Shown piece by piece: positions 1 through 11,548 of a DNA stretch of 64,000 nucleotides. Position 1 is the first letter of the stretch; every line of letters starts with the position of its first letter. The notes under the pieces are model-generated. The model saw only the letters and a program-made list of their open reading frames with translations. It searched no databases and was not told where the DNA came from. The DNA is taken from positions 13,917 through 77,916 of IMG/VR virus record IMGVR_UViG_3300045988_065173. One strand, given 5' to 3'. Both the position numbers and the translations under genes were made by a program. The DNA is from a virus.

Positions 1-197
1 ATATGAACATCTACAGATGACCCATCCTTTTTATATAACTTTAATGTTTCATCTTCGTATATTCCACTTTCAATTACATTATTATCTAATTCTTCTATGT
101 TCCTACTTATATAATCTTCTACTTCCATTCCAGAATGACCGTCCCATTCTGTTTCTAAGCTAGTAATTTGATTAGGTAAATCTTCAAATTTTGCCAT
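1..197 (-). CDS. hypothetical late protein; ATG at 197-195, 3' end runs off the window
   Basis: Minus-strand ATG at 197-195 followed by a stop-free frame to the window edge (MAKFEDLPNQITSLETEWDGHSG...). Confidence 0.4.
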   Translation of the reverse strand, partial: MAKFEDLPNQITSLETEWDGHSGMEVEDYISRNIEELDNNVIESGIYEDETLKLYKKDGSSVDVH

Positions 198-202
198 TGT
201 TT

Positions 203-428
203 CAAATTAATTATTTTTCCATAAATCATCTTTTAACCAGGGTCTATCAGGTAACCATGTACCGCTACCAAAACAGCTTCTAACAGCATCATATACGGTA
301 AGCCAGACTAACTACGACCCTTTATATATAGCTCCAATGTTTTTTTGTACTCTTTGCTATACTTGGTCTACAAGTTCTAGAATATCTTTCTGAACCTACA
401 ATATTAATTTACCATTTCTATATATCAT
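203..428 (-). CDS. small late protein; 4 in-frame TAG codons read as sense
   Basis: ATG at 428-426 overlaps the TGA of the upstream gene (ATGA overlap). Frame is open to a TAA at ~203 only if TAG is decoded. Confidence 0.4.
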
Positions 429-778
429 AATTTAGCAAAATCTTCTTTGACTTTGGCTTTAATCTCTTTTAATTTACTGAGATATTCTTTGTATTCCAGT
501 AAAGCTTCGGAATCCTCTGTAGGATTCTCTGTATAACTGTTGTATGAATTGATTAAATCAAATTCTTCATCAACAGTAAGAAAACTTCTAACAATTGCCT
601 TTACACAATCCTTATAATTAGGTTGTCCGCTAAGTAAAACCTAGATAAAGTTATACTAAAGCTCTAATTTAGTATCTCCTTCCTAGTCCGTTACTTCAGC
701 TTCGACTTCTTTTATATCATAGTTATAGTAATAAGTACCGTTCCCAAGTTTTTGGATTGTCTGGGGCTAAACGTCCAT
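425..778 (-). CDS. small late protein; 4 in-frame TAG codons
   Basis: ATG at 778-776 and TGA at 427-425. Translation is protein-like (…LLEYKEYLSKLKEIKAKVKEDFAKL) and is interrupted only by TAG. Confidence 0.4.
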
Positions 779-1979
779 TTGTATTCTATTCGGTTCTAAC
801 ATAAGGTGTTACTTTAAAATTTATAGGAAATTTGTATCTAAGCAAAGAATAATGTAATTTCTTATTCTTGCTTTTAAAATAATAGGGTTTGTTGTTATAC
901 ATAAAGTGCACTCTAAAATGGCTATGATAATCAACTACCTCTATAATGTGAATATACTTATTATAAAACTTAGATATATTGACTTCCTTTCCATTCCAAT
1001 TTGAGAACTTCAAACCAGTCAAAGTTTCTATCTTTTTCAACAAATTCTTAGAATTACAGAATTTCATCCATCCGAAATAAGATCTCATTCTTCTTTCCAA
1101 TTCTTCTCTATCAATCTTATTTTGCTTATATAGATTTATAAGCTTAAACATTCTCATTTTTATAGATTTTCTTAATAGAACGTGAGTGTGGTAAAATTTA
1201 TAGCCTACAAAATCTACTCCTCTACTTTCTACTGGAAATATCTAGTAGTTAGGTTTTAATTCTAAATTAAGAACTTGTTTTAAATACAGTTTTATAGATA
1301 CTAATACATTTCTCAAATAATTCTTGTCATTACCAAGAATCACAATATCGTCAGCATATCGAAAGTAGTACTTACATTTTAACTCCTCTTTTATCCAGTG
1401 GTCAAAATATGTCAGATATAAATTTGCAAAGAACTATGATAGATAGTTCCCAATAGGAACTCCTTTGGCTGAATATATTATTTCCTTCAATAGACTTAAC
1501 AGTTTCTTATCCTTTATTTTCTTCTACAACATCTCATACAGGATGTCATGTGTTATAGATGGATAAAATTTTCTTATATCCATTTTTAGACAGTATTTAG
1601 TTTCATCTGAGTATTTCTACAATACCTTGAATAAATCATACTCTACCTTATGAATCCCTCTATTTCTTATAGAGGAATATGTCTAATCTATAAAAATGCT
1701 GGTCCAGATAGGTTCCATAATATTCATTATAGCATGATGAGTGATTCTATCAGGGTAGTATGGAAGTCTAAAGATTAATCTTTCTTTAGGCTCATATATT
1801 ACAAACGTACTATACTCAGAAGTCTAATAGATTAACTATTTTAATTTGTCTGATAATTTCTTATTTTCTTCTAATCTATTCTTATCATGCTACTTAATAC
1901 CACATCGAATTGATTTATTTCTTCTAGCCTTATCATCAGCTAATTCGATGTTTTTCAAATCATACACTCGTTCGTGCAA
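723..1979 (-). CDS. DGR-type reverse transcriptase with ~11 in-frame TAG codons; alternative GTG/TTG start likely
   Basis: Hand translation of the minus strand gives IYEPKERLIFRLPYYPDRITHHAIMNIMEPIW…TYSSIRNRGIHKV…SQFFANLYL…FRYADDIVILG…VDFVGYKF (RT motifs 1-7 including YADD, DGR-RT-like N-terminal block). The standard-code ORF 786-1157 is only its C-terminal piece and its apparent stop at 788-786 is TAG. The frame continues to TAA at 725-723. An upstream in-frame TAA at 2003-2001 bounds the N-terminus, and there is no ATG before motif 1. Confidence 0.8.
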
Positions 1980-2140
1980 ATATCCTACACGTTTCAATTT
2001 TTATATATTTCATCGGAAGCTTTCGAGATTTAACCTACTAACACCCTTCATTTAACACTACGTTGTCTTTTGCCTAGAGGCAAGGATATCACTTAACAAA
2101 CTAAAAAAAATAAAATAAATTGTTCTAAATATATAATAAC

Positions 2141-2237
2141 TCAACATTGGAATTGGCATTGCTGACGTCATTGTTAGAATTGAAATAGCTAAGACCTGCA
2201 TTGCTACCATTATTCGCATTGCTGCCTACTAGCAGTT
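2141..2237 (-). repeat. DGR template repeat (TR)
   Basis: Minus-strand sequence gaactgctagtaggcagcAATgcgAATAATggtagcAATgcaggtcttagctatttcAATtctAACAATgacgtcagcAATgccAATtccAATgttgag. It is ~85% identical to the two VR copies, and every TR/VR mismatch has an adenine in this copy. In the target reading frame it is rich in AAT/AAC codons. Confidence 0.8.
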
Positions 2238-2310
2238 CTTTTTGCCAACCAACGGCTTTTAGAAGTAATATCCCACGATTTATATCTAAATCGATTTCTA
2301 TATTTTATTC

Positions 2311-4130
2311 TTAAGATACTCTGTTTAGAGTCCTGAACCCAACATAGGAACCGGCATAGCCGACGCCAAGGCCAGAATAGAAATAGCCAAGACCCGCAGT
2401 GCCACCAGAAGCCGCAGTGCCGCCCACCAGCAGCATGCGAAGCGCTGTAGAGCTAGCGTTGCAAGAGTGGTAATCACACATATAAGTTGTAGTTGAGGCT
2501 CCAGTACAAGAAGATGGTATAATCTCTGCTGTCTCTCCCAAGTCAAACTCTTTAATGTATCCATCTTGCGCTACCTCATATCCTGCTATGGTCTTGCTGC
2601 CAATTACGTCAGTAAACTCTTCCTTATTTGTGGTAGTATATACACTACTGATTTCATTTGCCGCAGTTCTTTGAATAACTACTCCATCTAAGTTTGTCCA
2701 AATATCTCCAAATGGATTGTCAAAACCTCTCCAACGTGGTACTTTGAAAGTGTGAGTAGCTACTGTATCTGTTCCGTTTGTTGCAGTACATTCTGGAATA
2801 ACTAAATCTTTGACTCCAGTGAAATTACCAATATCATTACAATAACCACATGGAGTAATAGGATAAGTTCCATTATATCCAGACCAACTTGTAGCAGAGT
2901 TACTCCAGTCTGTAACTCCAGGACCAAGTCCTCCTTGACGATAACCATCAGAGGTAAGCTCGGCATTGTAGGCAGCCTGAGAGTTAAAGTTAGCGTATTC
3001 TATTACATAGTTCCAGTAGAATATCCATTTATAATATTCATAACACAATAATTCAGAGCCTGCATTTGTGGCATAAGTTCTCATATTAGCTCTAGAAACA
3101 TTAGTTCTAGGTTTTCCTAAATCGCTTCTAAAAGCATCTTTGGTATCAAGTTCAGTAGTTAGATACTTATCGAATTGTACTCTATTTCCACCGCCTCTAA
3201 ATGCTTCTGTAGTATTGACCACGGACACAGCTTTAGGGGTTTCTGACACAGTATTGTCAACTGTATTTCTATATGCGTCAATTAATAGTTCTGGTATTTC
3301 TGCCCACGAATCATCAAGCTTTACTAGAGAAATTCTAACCCATCTTTTATTTCCATTAGAGCCTGATTTACCATAAAATTTAGGAGTGTGGACTCTTACA
3401 GTTCCATCAGTTCCATCAAGCACAGAAGGAGTAATTCCATCTTCTTTGTAAGCCCAATCGTCTGGATATAAATAGTAATTTACTACACCGTTATTTGCTA
3501 CACATCCTCTGTAAGCAGACTAAATAGGAAGGGATTTATGTAACAGTGGATTTCCTATTCTAGTAAGGATAGGAGAAGATACAGTGATGTCCCATTCTAC
3601 TCCATAAGAGTATAAGTCTACGTTACTGCTTAACTCTGTGACTTGTTTGCTTAGACTCTATTGTTCTTTTTGTAATTCTTCCCAAGCAGTATTAAGAGCA
3701 TCAAATTGTTCCTCTAACTTAGTACTAGTATCTGCCCACTATGCAGTCCCATCTTCAGAAAAGGTTAAAATCTATCCAAGTGCTCCTCCAGCAGGTATGT
3801 GTTTATTTCCAGAAGTAGTTGGGTGTACATAATTATTTGCATTATCTGCAATACCACTAAGTTTCTGTTTTTCAGTTTCTGTGTAATTAGCTTCAGAAAG
3901 TCCTTTTCCTGATTCCTTATCTACCTTACTTTCCAACTCCGTTTTAGTAGCTAAACCACTTATATCCTAGTGTTCTTTTAAATAATTTTCATCATTCTAT
4001 AACTAAGACACTTTAGTTGGAATGGCACTAGATTTTGCGTATGTCTAATCTATAGCATTTCCAGAGCCATCATAGGTAGCCTTTAAGTCATATACGGTTT
4101 CTCCAACCTTTATAGATTTGATAGCTGCCA
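2311..4130 (-). CDS. tail fibre / receptor-binding protein, DGR target 1; ~8 in-frame TAG codons
   Basis: ATG at 4130-4128 right after the TAA of the upstream gene. N-terminus MAAIKSIKVGETVYDLKATYDGSGN…KVDKESGKGLSEANYTETEKQKLSGIADNANNYVHPTTSGNKHIPAGGALG(Q)ILTFSEDGTA(Q)WAD carries the widespread phage tail-fibre motif, with TAG at positions that are Q/E in that motif. The standard-code ORF 2311-3423 (370 aa, GTG start) is only the C-terminal part. An in-frame TAG sits at 3522-3520. VR1 lies at the C-terminus. Confidence 0.7.
2338..2436 (-). repeat. DGR variable repeat VR1 (C-terminal 33 codons of the tail-fibre gene)
   Basis: Aligned by hand to the TR. All ~15 mismatches are at TR adenines (c,g,t in VR versus a in TR). 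Confidence 0.8.
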
Positions 4131-4132
4131 TA

Positions 4133-7100
4133 TTATTGTATTATTAAAGTTTCTTCTTCTACATTATGATCTATTCTTTCTATGGAGGCAGTTAAGTCTT
4201 CAACAGCTTTCTACAGTTCAGCCTTGGTAGCGTAGTTCTTTAATGTATCTGGGTCTATTCCAGATCCTCCTACATTTCCTCCAACAACTTTTACTGGTTT
4301 TGCTGAGTTCTTAAACTACCCTTCAACCCAAATTGTTCCCATACTATTTAAAATATTAATTGTTCATTTTCTCCATCTACCTGTACATTACCAGAACCAG
4401 GCTATATTGCATCTATTTTCTTCTACAATTCGTCTACAGCAGCCTTTATTAATCCTTCCACCTCAGCTTTTGTATAGTAACGTTCTGTTAGATATTCACT
4501 TCTGACATATCCTGTATCCTATATATCTTTTTCTCCATAAGTACAATAGTACGTATCGTTCTCTGTCCTATTATTTTCAACTAGGTCATCATAATCTGTT
4601 TGTGGAAGACATACCAATTTAGGAACCTCTTCTGTAAGAGCAACTTGCTTTCCAGATGCTAATAATCTATCGTCTTCTGTAGTAAGTTTAACAGAACTTT
4701 CAATAGTCTGTTCAGTTGTTTCATCTTCTGAACTTTCTCCAGTTGTTCTCTATTGTACTTCTTTTTCGACAATTTTCTAAATAGTAATATCAGAAGTTTC
4801 TATAGAGGTTGATTTTAGAAGCTCTGTGCTAAATTCCTTAGAAGCGGCATCCTAATCTTCCTAATATTTCTTCTAAGTAACAAATATAAAATCGTCATCA
4901 CCGGTTTCAGGAGAATCTCCTCTCAAACTTTCTTTTGTCACATACTCCTCTGCTATCTAATTGGAAAGGTCAGTTAATGACTATTGAGTGGCGTATGTAG
5001 ATTGAGCATTTTCTTTTGTAAGAAACTTTTCATCTACCTACGAGCTAGTGTAGTATGCTTTAATATCTTCTGTAGTAACGTAGCTTCCTAGTTTCTATAA
5101 ACCAGAAACAATTTCATCAATCTATGTCTTTGAGTAATAATTAGTAGCAACCCAGGACTAATACTGATGTGTAGTATGGTAATTTTGATCTAAGTACTCC
5201 TTAGTAATATAGACTTTAGCATCATTTGTTACATCATACACATAGTAATATGTGTCAGGTTCTATAGCATCCTCTTCTACCAGTCTTAAATATTCCTCTT
5301 CAGTTAATGTAACCAGATTAGGAACATCTGACATCATGGCGAATTGGTCTTCTCCAACAAACAACCCATTAGATTTAACATCTACTACTAGCTAATCCTC
5401 TTCTCCTACTACTGGAGACTTTATCTATCCTACAGTAATACTTTCTAGGGAACCATCTCCATCTACCTTTAAAGTCTTATCTAGCTCATCTTGGATAGCC
5501 TATTGGTCTTCGTCATACTATTTCTTTGTAACAAAGACAAAATCATCTCCTTCCATTCCTTCTCCTCTAAGACTTTCTTTGGTAACAAATATGTCATCAG
5601 TTTCTTCCTTAGTGTAATGGTTAGACAAGGCTTTAGATAACAAGGATTCTGGGTCCTCTAAATCTAGGTCAGTTTTAGGGGCATAATTCTCAGTTAATTC
5701 TTCAAGGGTAGCATACTTGGAAAGGTTAGAGATTGTCTAGTCTAAATCCGTTCTAATCTGTACGACAGTAGTATTTAGAGCTTTCTATTTCAACTATTCC
5801 TCTATCTTTTTACCCCATTCTGCTGATAAATAAAACTAATCATCATCTAGGCTGTCTTCATATATGTAATAATATGTTTCTGCATGAAGATATGTTTTAC
5901 CTTCGTCTATAGGTTTAAAATCTTCTGTGGTATTCTCAGACCATTCCTTATATTCAGCCTCTGTACAGGTGATTATCTAAATAGATTCATAAGAAGCTTT
6001 CCAACCTTCTTTGTATTTAATCTTAGACTTATCTACTAACATATAAATATTTCCGTTATCTATATTTGAAACGGTCATGCCTTGATAAGCATATTTCTCC
6101 GGAATAGAATATAATTCGTCTAAATTATTGACTACTGTTCTATTATCAAGAGGTTTAGGAGTTTCTACGGTTAAAGCAACACCTAATGTAGCATCACCTG
6201 TATATTTAAATGCCATTATTGTGATAAAGTAAAGTTAATTTGATGAGGCAATGCTGAAGAATAAGTATCCTTCTTAGTCCATACTTTATAAGGAAATCCA
6301 TTTATCTATTCGGTAGAAGTTTCCCAGCCACTTAAATCAACATTTAAGTATCCCAGTCCTCCATCTACTGTAAATGAATTTAGCTAAGTATTACTTCCGG
6401 GTAATTTTATAATAGCCTTTCCACTTAATGAAAATGTAATAATTCCAGAAGATTGTCCAAATGGAACAAGACTCTATTTGATTAAACTATCTGTATTACC
6501 AGAATACCAAGGGTAGGTAGCAGTCACCTATGCTGTAGTTGATATTGAACCAGCTTCCACCCTCTTGTCTGTAGTTTCTCCTTTATTGTTAATAAGATAT
6601 TCTCCAGCAGCATAATTTACAGTACCAGAATGCACATAAACACCAATAGAATCATATATTTCAGATTCTACAGGAGAATCATTATAGGTAATAGTTTCTT
6701 CTCTATCAGTTTCCTCTCCAGCATCATTTTTTATAAATGTTAAGGTAGGGGTAAGTAAAGCGGATCCTACCTCCACAATCTAAGAGGTGAAGCTATAATA
6801 CAACTAAGGATAAACCAAATCTCTAACAACAGTAGGAAATAATAGAGTATCTATAATCTCATTAAACGGCTTTCCTTTCAATTTTTCAACTGTAGTTCCT
6901 TGAATAACAGCAGAAGTGGTATCATCTGGAAGTTCAGTTTGATAAGTAGCTATAGTTTCTAAACTTGTCTATATATTTGTGATATTCTCAGTATTAGAAT
7001 CTACTTTAGAATCAGTGTTCTTCTAAGCTTCCTATACTCCCTTAACTTCTTCCTTTACCTCTGTTAGAGATGGTTCCAGGTCTTTTACATATATTCCAGG

Positions 7101-10100
7101 TAGGACTACTGTAGAAGGCTCTCCTTCCTCCTCTACTGGAGGAATTTCCTACTAAATAAGATGTATTGCGTTATCCTCCTACTAGGATAGAATTACTTCT
7201 AGAGTATTATCATCCTTTATTTCTATGGTTTTGGAGTTTCTTAGACTATTAGTTATCCAATTCTAGATGTTTTTGTCAACATCTATATTTTTGATAGACT
7301 CGTTAATACCCTCTATTGCCTCATTAATCTCGACTATTTTCTCAGAAAGATTGTTTATGCCAGTTCTGTTAGATTCAATTTCTTCTTCAAGTTCTTCCTT
7401 AAGTACAGTAATAGAAGTTCTGATATTACTTATATCAACTTTTATTTCCTCTATTTCTTCTGTATTAGCTTTGTACTAACTTATAAAGAATAAAGCATAA
7501 TCTAAGGCATCTTTTACAGTATTGATATTCTCTGCAACATCACTAGTATAAGTCCATTTCTATTCTATGTACTATACTAAATCTTTCTAGGCTTCTATAG
7601 TTCCTTCTATATTTCCCCAAAGAAGACTCTACTCATCAGCGATACCTAGATTCTTTCTAACCTTAGCTCTTTCTAATTCAGTTCTATATTCTCCAAGATA
7701 GTTGTTTCTTAGGAGAGGTATAGGTTCACTTTTTATTAAATGTCCTTTCTTTCCACAAGGCTTTATATCAGCATTGCTTACCGAAGTGTAAATAGGCTGT
7801 ATCATTATGATTCAATAATTGCTATTTAATAAATTCGTGATTATCTAATTTTACGGGTAGGTTAATAAAACAAATTAGATTCAAAATATCCTAATAATCT
7901 GGTCTATATCCCTTTCTAACCCTTTTAAGGAAATCCTCATACCTTTTAATAGCCTTTCTTTTAAGAGCATCCACAACCTATACGTTTATGTTCATGGTGA
8001 TTGTCACAGAATCCACCGCAAGTGCGGAACATTGCTAACAATCTTTCAGCTTCCATGAATTGTTTAAAGCCTATTAAATAATCTATAATATTAAGTGTCA
8101 TCCAGATAAAATCTCTTGCAAATATATCTGCATCATGTTCTCTAGTTAGACACTTATTTAATAAAAAGTCAAAGAGTTTCTTACAGTAGTTAATATAACA
8201 CTATTGCAGATTTCCTGTAAAGAACACATCTACCTTACATTTTTTGATAGTAGTCCCTTCTATATTCCTTTCAAGGATTTCTTTTACAGTACATTCCTCT
8301 AGCTCTCCATCTACTTCTTTATATAGTTTCTCTCCATCAGTTATATAGATAGTTTCATAATACTCCTTGTATTCATCAGATGAATTTTCATACCATTTCA
8401 TATTAGGAAGAATTATGTGGTCTACTACATAATATCCATCTTCTTTTACCTTAAATGTACAAGAGTCTAAATCCTCTGTATGGTCATTGAGAAGTACGTC
8501 TATCAAAGTAGCATCTCCTATACTAACTTTTATGATAGTATTTAGGGTAGCACTTTCACTATACTTATAAGAATCATAGGAAGTTACTACCTCTAAATCT
8601 TCATCAATATACTATCCATATTCCTTTGAAAAGTCTTCAATAGTTATTTCCCCGTTAATCTGGGTATGTATATCAATACTAAATTCCATATTATAATAAT
8701 TAAGACTCAGTAGTAGGCCATTGACCATATTGAGCAGGGATAGAAAATGGTTTCCACTTACCTTCTTGTCGTATACGTCTAGACATAAAAACTGAACTAA
8801 ATGATAAACTAATATCTTGAGGATAGTCTGTCCATGTATATGACTAACCTTCAGGAGTCGGTGGTAGACTATTTAACTTACCAGCTGGTTCCCCATTCCA
8901 ATAATAATTATAGTCATATGCTTTAGTTGGAGTAACAGTTGTTGTTTCATGTCCTTCCGAATCTACATATAGAGGATTTCCCTCCTCATCTGTTTTCTAC
9001 TTATACTCAATAACTGGAGTTATTCCCTCAGTTCTAGTGTATATGTTCTAAATAATAGTAGAAACATCACTTGCTACAATCTCATAAATAGTAGTTCCCT
9101 GAGATTCGTCAGCTCCCTAGAAAGTAAATTTAGTTCTTTTCCAGATGTATGGATTCTCTTCAGTTGGAAGTTCAAAAGTATCAGTCCACTATTTATTAGA
9201 TAATTTTATCTCAGATTCGTCAGCAGTGTCAGCAGGTAAGTAATGAATCTTAATAATAATATTATTTACCGCCTCACTAGAACCAGAAAGGTCTGACACC
9301 TATTTAAATAGTTTCTTTAAATCTTCTTCCACATTTGATTTGGAACCAGAAGCATTACTAATAATTACTGAACCATCTGAAATAGGATAAATCTATTGCT
9401 AATCCTTATCATATACAATTGTTCCAGTTGCCATATTAATGTATTTGTCTTATTTTGTCATTATACGGATTTCCATCATGAAGCTAAGCCAACTCTATTT
9501 CAGTTCTCTTTTCTTCTATATCCATTTGTCTATCTTTATATGTAGAATCAGATTGAGCTTTGAGCCAGTTAACCTTATATTCTAACTATATTTTCTGCTA
9601 CTCTAATCCTAATCTCTATTCATCCAAGCTTTCTATCTTCTACTAAGCTTTCTATAGTTCTTGCTATAACTGCTGTGCCTATTGTGAAGTTTCTTCCAAT
9701 TTTTCCTATAGCTGCTATAGCTAATTGTTTTCTTCTTTACGAATCTATACTGCTTTCTTAACCTTATATTTAAGGTCTGTAAGACTCTTAGCAGTTAGTG
9801 CCTCAAATATAATGTCAGGATCCATTTGCTGACTTTTAACAAACTCTGGAATAATAGCTTTAATAGTTTGTAAATCTTCCATTACTTCAGAGCTAGAAGT
9901 TATATGGATGTCATAATCAGTAACCGTAAAATATTCTGGAAGCGCTGTAAATATCTGCTGGTATTTATCTCCAAGTATAATAGTACCAGTCAATCCTTTC
10001 TTATATGTTATTTTAGCCTAGTTTAGACTGTCCAATAATATCTCACAAGTGATCAGATCCATCTACTAGAAATAATGCTTGGTTACTATGTAAGAGTTAG

Positions 10101-11540
10101 TAACACCTTGCTTAATATTAGTTACAGCATCATGAGTTTCTATTCCATTTAATCTTTCTCTAAATACTCCAGTTATAGATGATGTAGTTTGTTCTACTGA
10201 TTGAATTGCTAATTCAATAGCCTATACAGCCTAAGCTTTTAAGGTATCATCAAATCCATTGTATATCTAGTTAGGTGCTTGCGCTCCATCATTTCTTCCC
10301 TCCTAAGTGGAATCAATCCACATGATACCACCCTTCTTGTATGCTAACCATTTCTACACTCTTTCTGGCCATTTTACGCCTAGGTTAGTAGGAAGCAATG
10401 ACATATCCATGATTACTCCAGCAGTACCGCTGTTAGCTATCAGGTTGTCCCTATAATAATTTAACAAGTCATATCTATCCTATAGATGTGCACATTTTAA
10501 TATCAGGGAGTATGGTTGTTGAGAACGATTTAAGAAATATACCCCATTTACAGACAAAGAGCAGAAATTAGGATTATCTTTTGACCTCATAACAGTCTTG
10601 TCTAGACCTCTCAGAATATATATTTCTTCTCCAATTCTAATGGTATTGTATCTCTACATTACAAAATCGTCATCAGTTTCTATCCACTCTACATCATAAA
10701 CAGGAATTAACTAAAATCTATGAGCACTATATTCATTATCTGGATATCCAGGAATAGTTTCATGATTCTAGTCTTCATTTACTATAGTACAAGTGTCACC
10801 ATAAACTCTTCTATAAACTGCAGCTGAATCATCGGCTCTCCATTCATCTTTTAGTCTTTTCAAATCTTCTCTAGAGATTTCTTTTCCGTATTTAGCTAAT
10901 ATCTAGCTTTTACTCATCCATTTTCTAACTACTACTCTATACGAATTTTTAACATATGGAGATTCTGGATTCCTATCTACGAAAGTATTTAAAGGATTCA
11001 GAACTTCTATTTCTATGTTAGTTCCAGAAGATGATGATTTTACTCTGAAAAATGTATAGCCAGTAATTAATAAATCTGTAAGTAACTATCGGAGTTTAGT
11101 TATTAAATCGGTTTCTCTAGACTGCATGATATAATGAATAATATTCTATGCAGCTATCTCATATTGAGAAATAAAAGACTAATCAATGTCTTGAATAATT
11201 TTATCTAACTAAGTCTTCACGGCTTTATCTGTAATATCTTTTCCGTCGATAAATTTCAGAATAGAATTACTTAAATGGTCTCTAAGAAATTTAACTATCC
11301 CTTTAGTTATTTCCAACTATTTTTCTCTGGTGATATTACTAATGGTATCTGAATCCTTACAAGAAATCTTCGGAAGGATAGGGGTTCCTAGATATTCCCC
11401 TACTAGAGCATCTACGTGCTTCTTTAGTAATGGTGTAAATTCTACAGAAGTAGGACTACCTATTCCGAAGTTTTCTTCCAGGTAACGAAACTATTCTGGA
11501 TCTCTCTTTCCGTTGTAGTAATTATAGGCTTTCTATAATT
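4133..11540 (-). other. late structural gene block (head/tail/portal genes presumed); minus-strand coding with TAG as sense, individual genes not resolved
   Basis: Dense minus-strand coding signal but only short standard-code ORFs (5158-5364, 5977-6216, 6528-6776, 8201-8506, 9745-9993). Every checked interruption is 'cta' on the plus strand, i.e. TAG on the minus strand. Confidence 0.5.
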
Positions 11541-11548
11541 CGTACTTA

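Noticed and set aside
786-2055. RT first read as a group II intron maturase (YADD plus a domain-X-like C-terminus VDFVGYKF…).
   Set aside because: The N-terminal motifs (IYEPKERLI…DRITHHAI…RGIHKV) are DGR-RT-like. An AAY-rich template repeat with adenine-specific mismatches to two VRs lies immediately upstream. No intron D5/D6 hairpin was found downstream of the ORF.
2325-2564. Standard-code ORFs 2325-2564(-) and 28720-28920(+) with near-identical WWAALR…LALASAMP.PMLG translations looked like a repeated small gene.
   Set aside because: They are alternate-frame shadows of the GC-rich DGR variable repeats VR1 and VR2. The real frames are the tail fibre (2311-4130) and 28419-28979.
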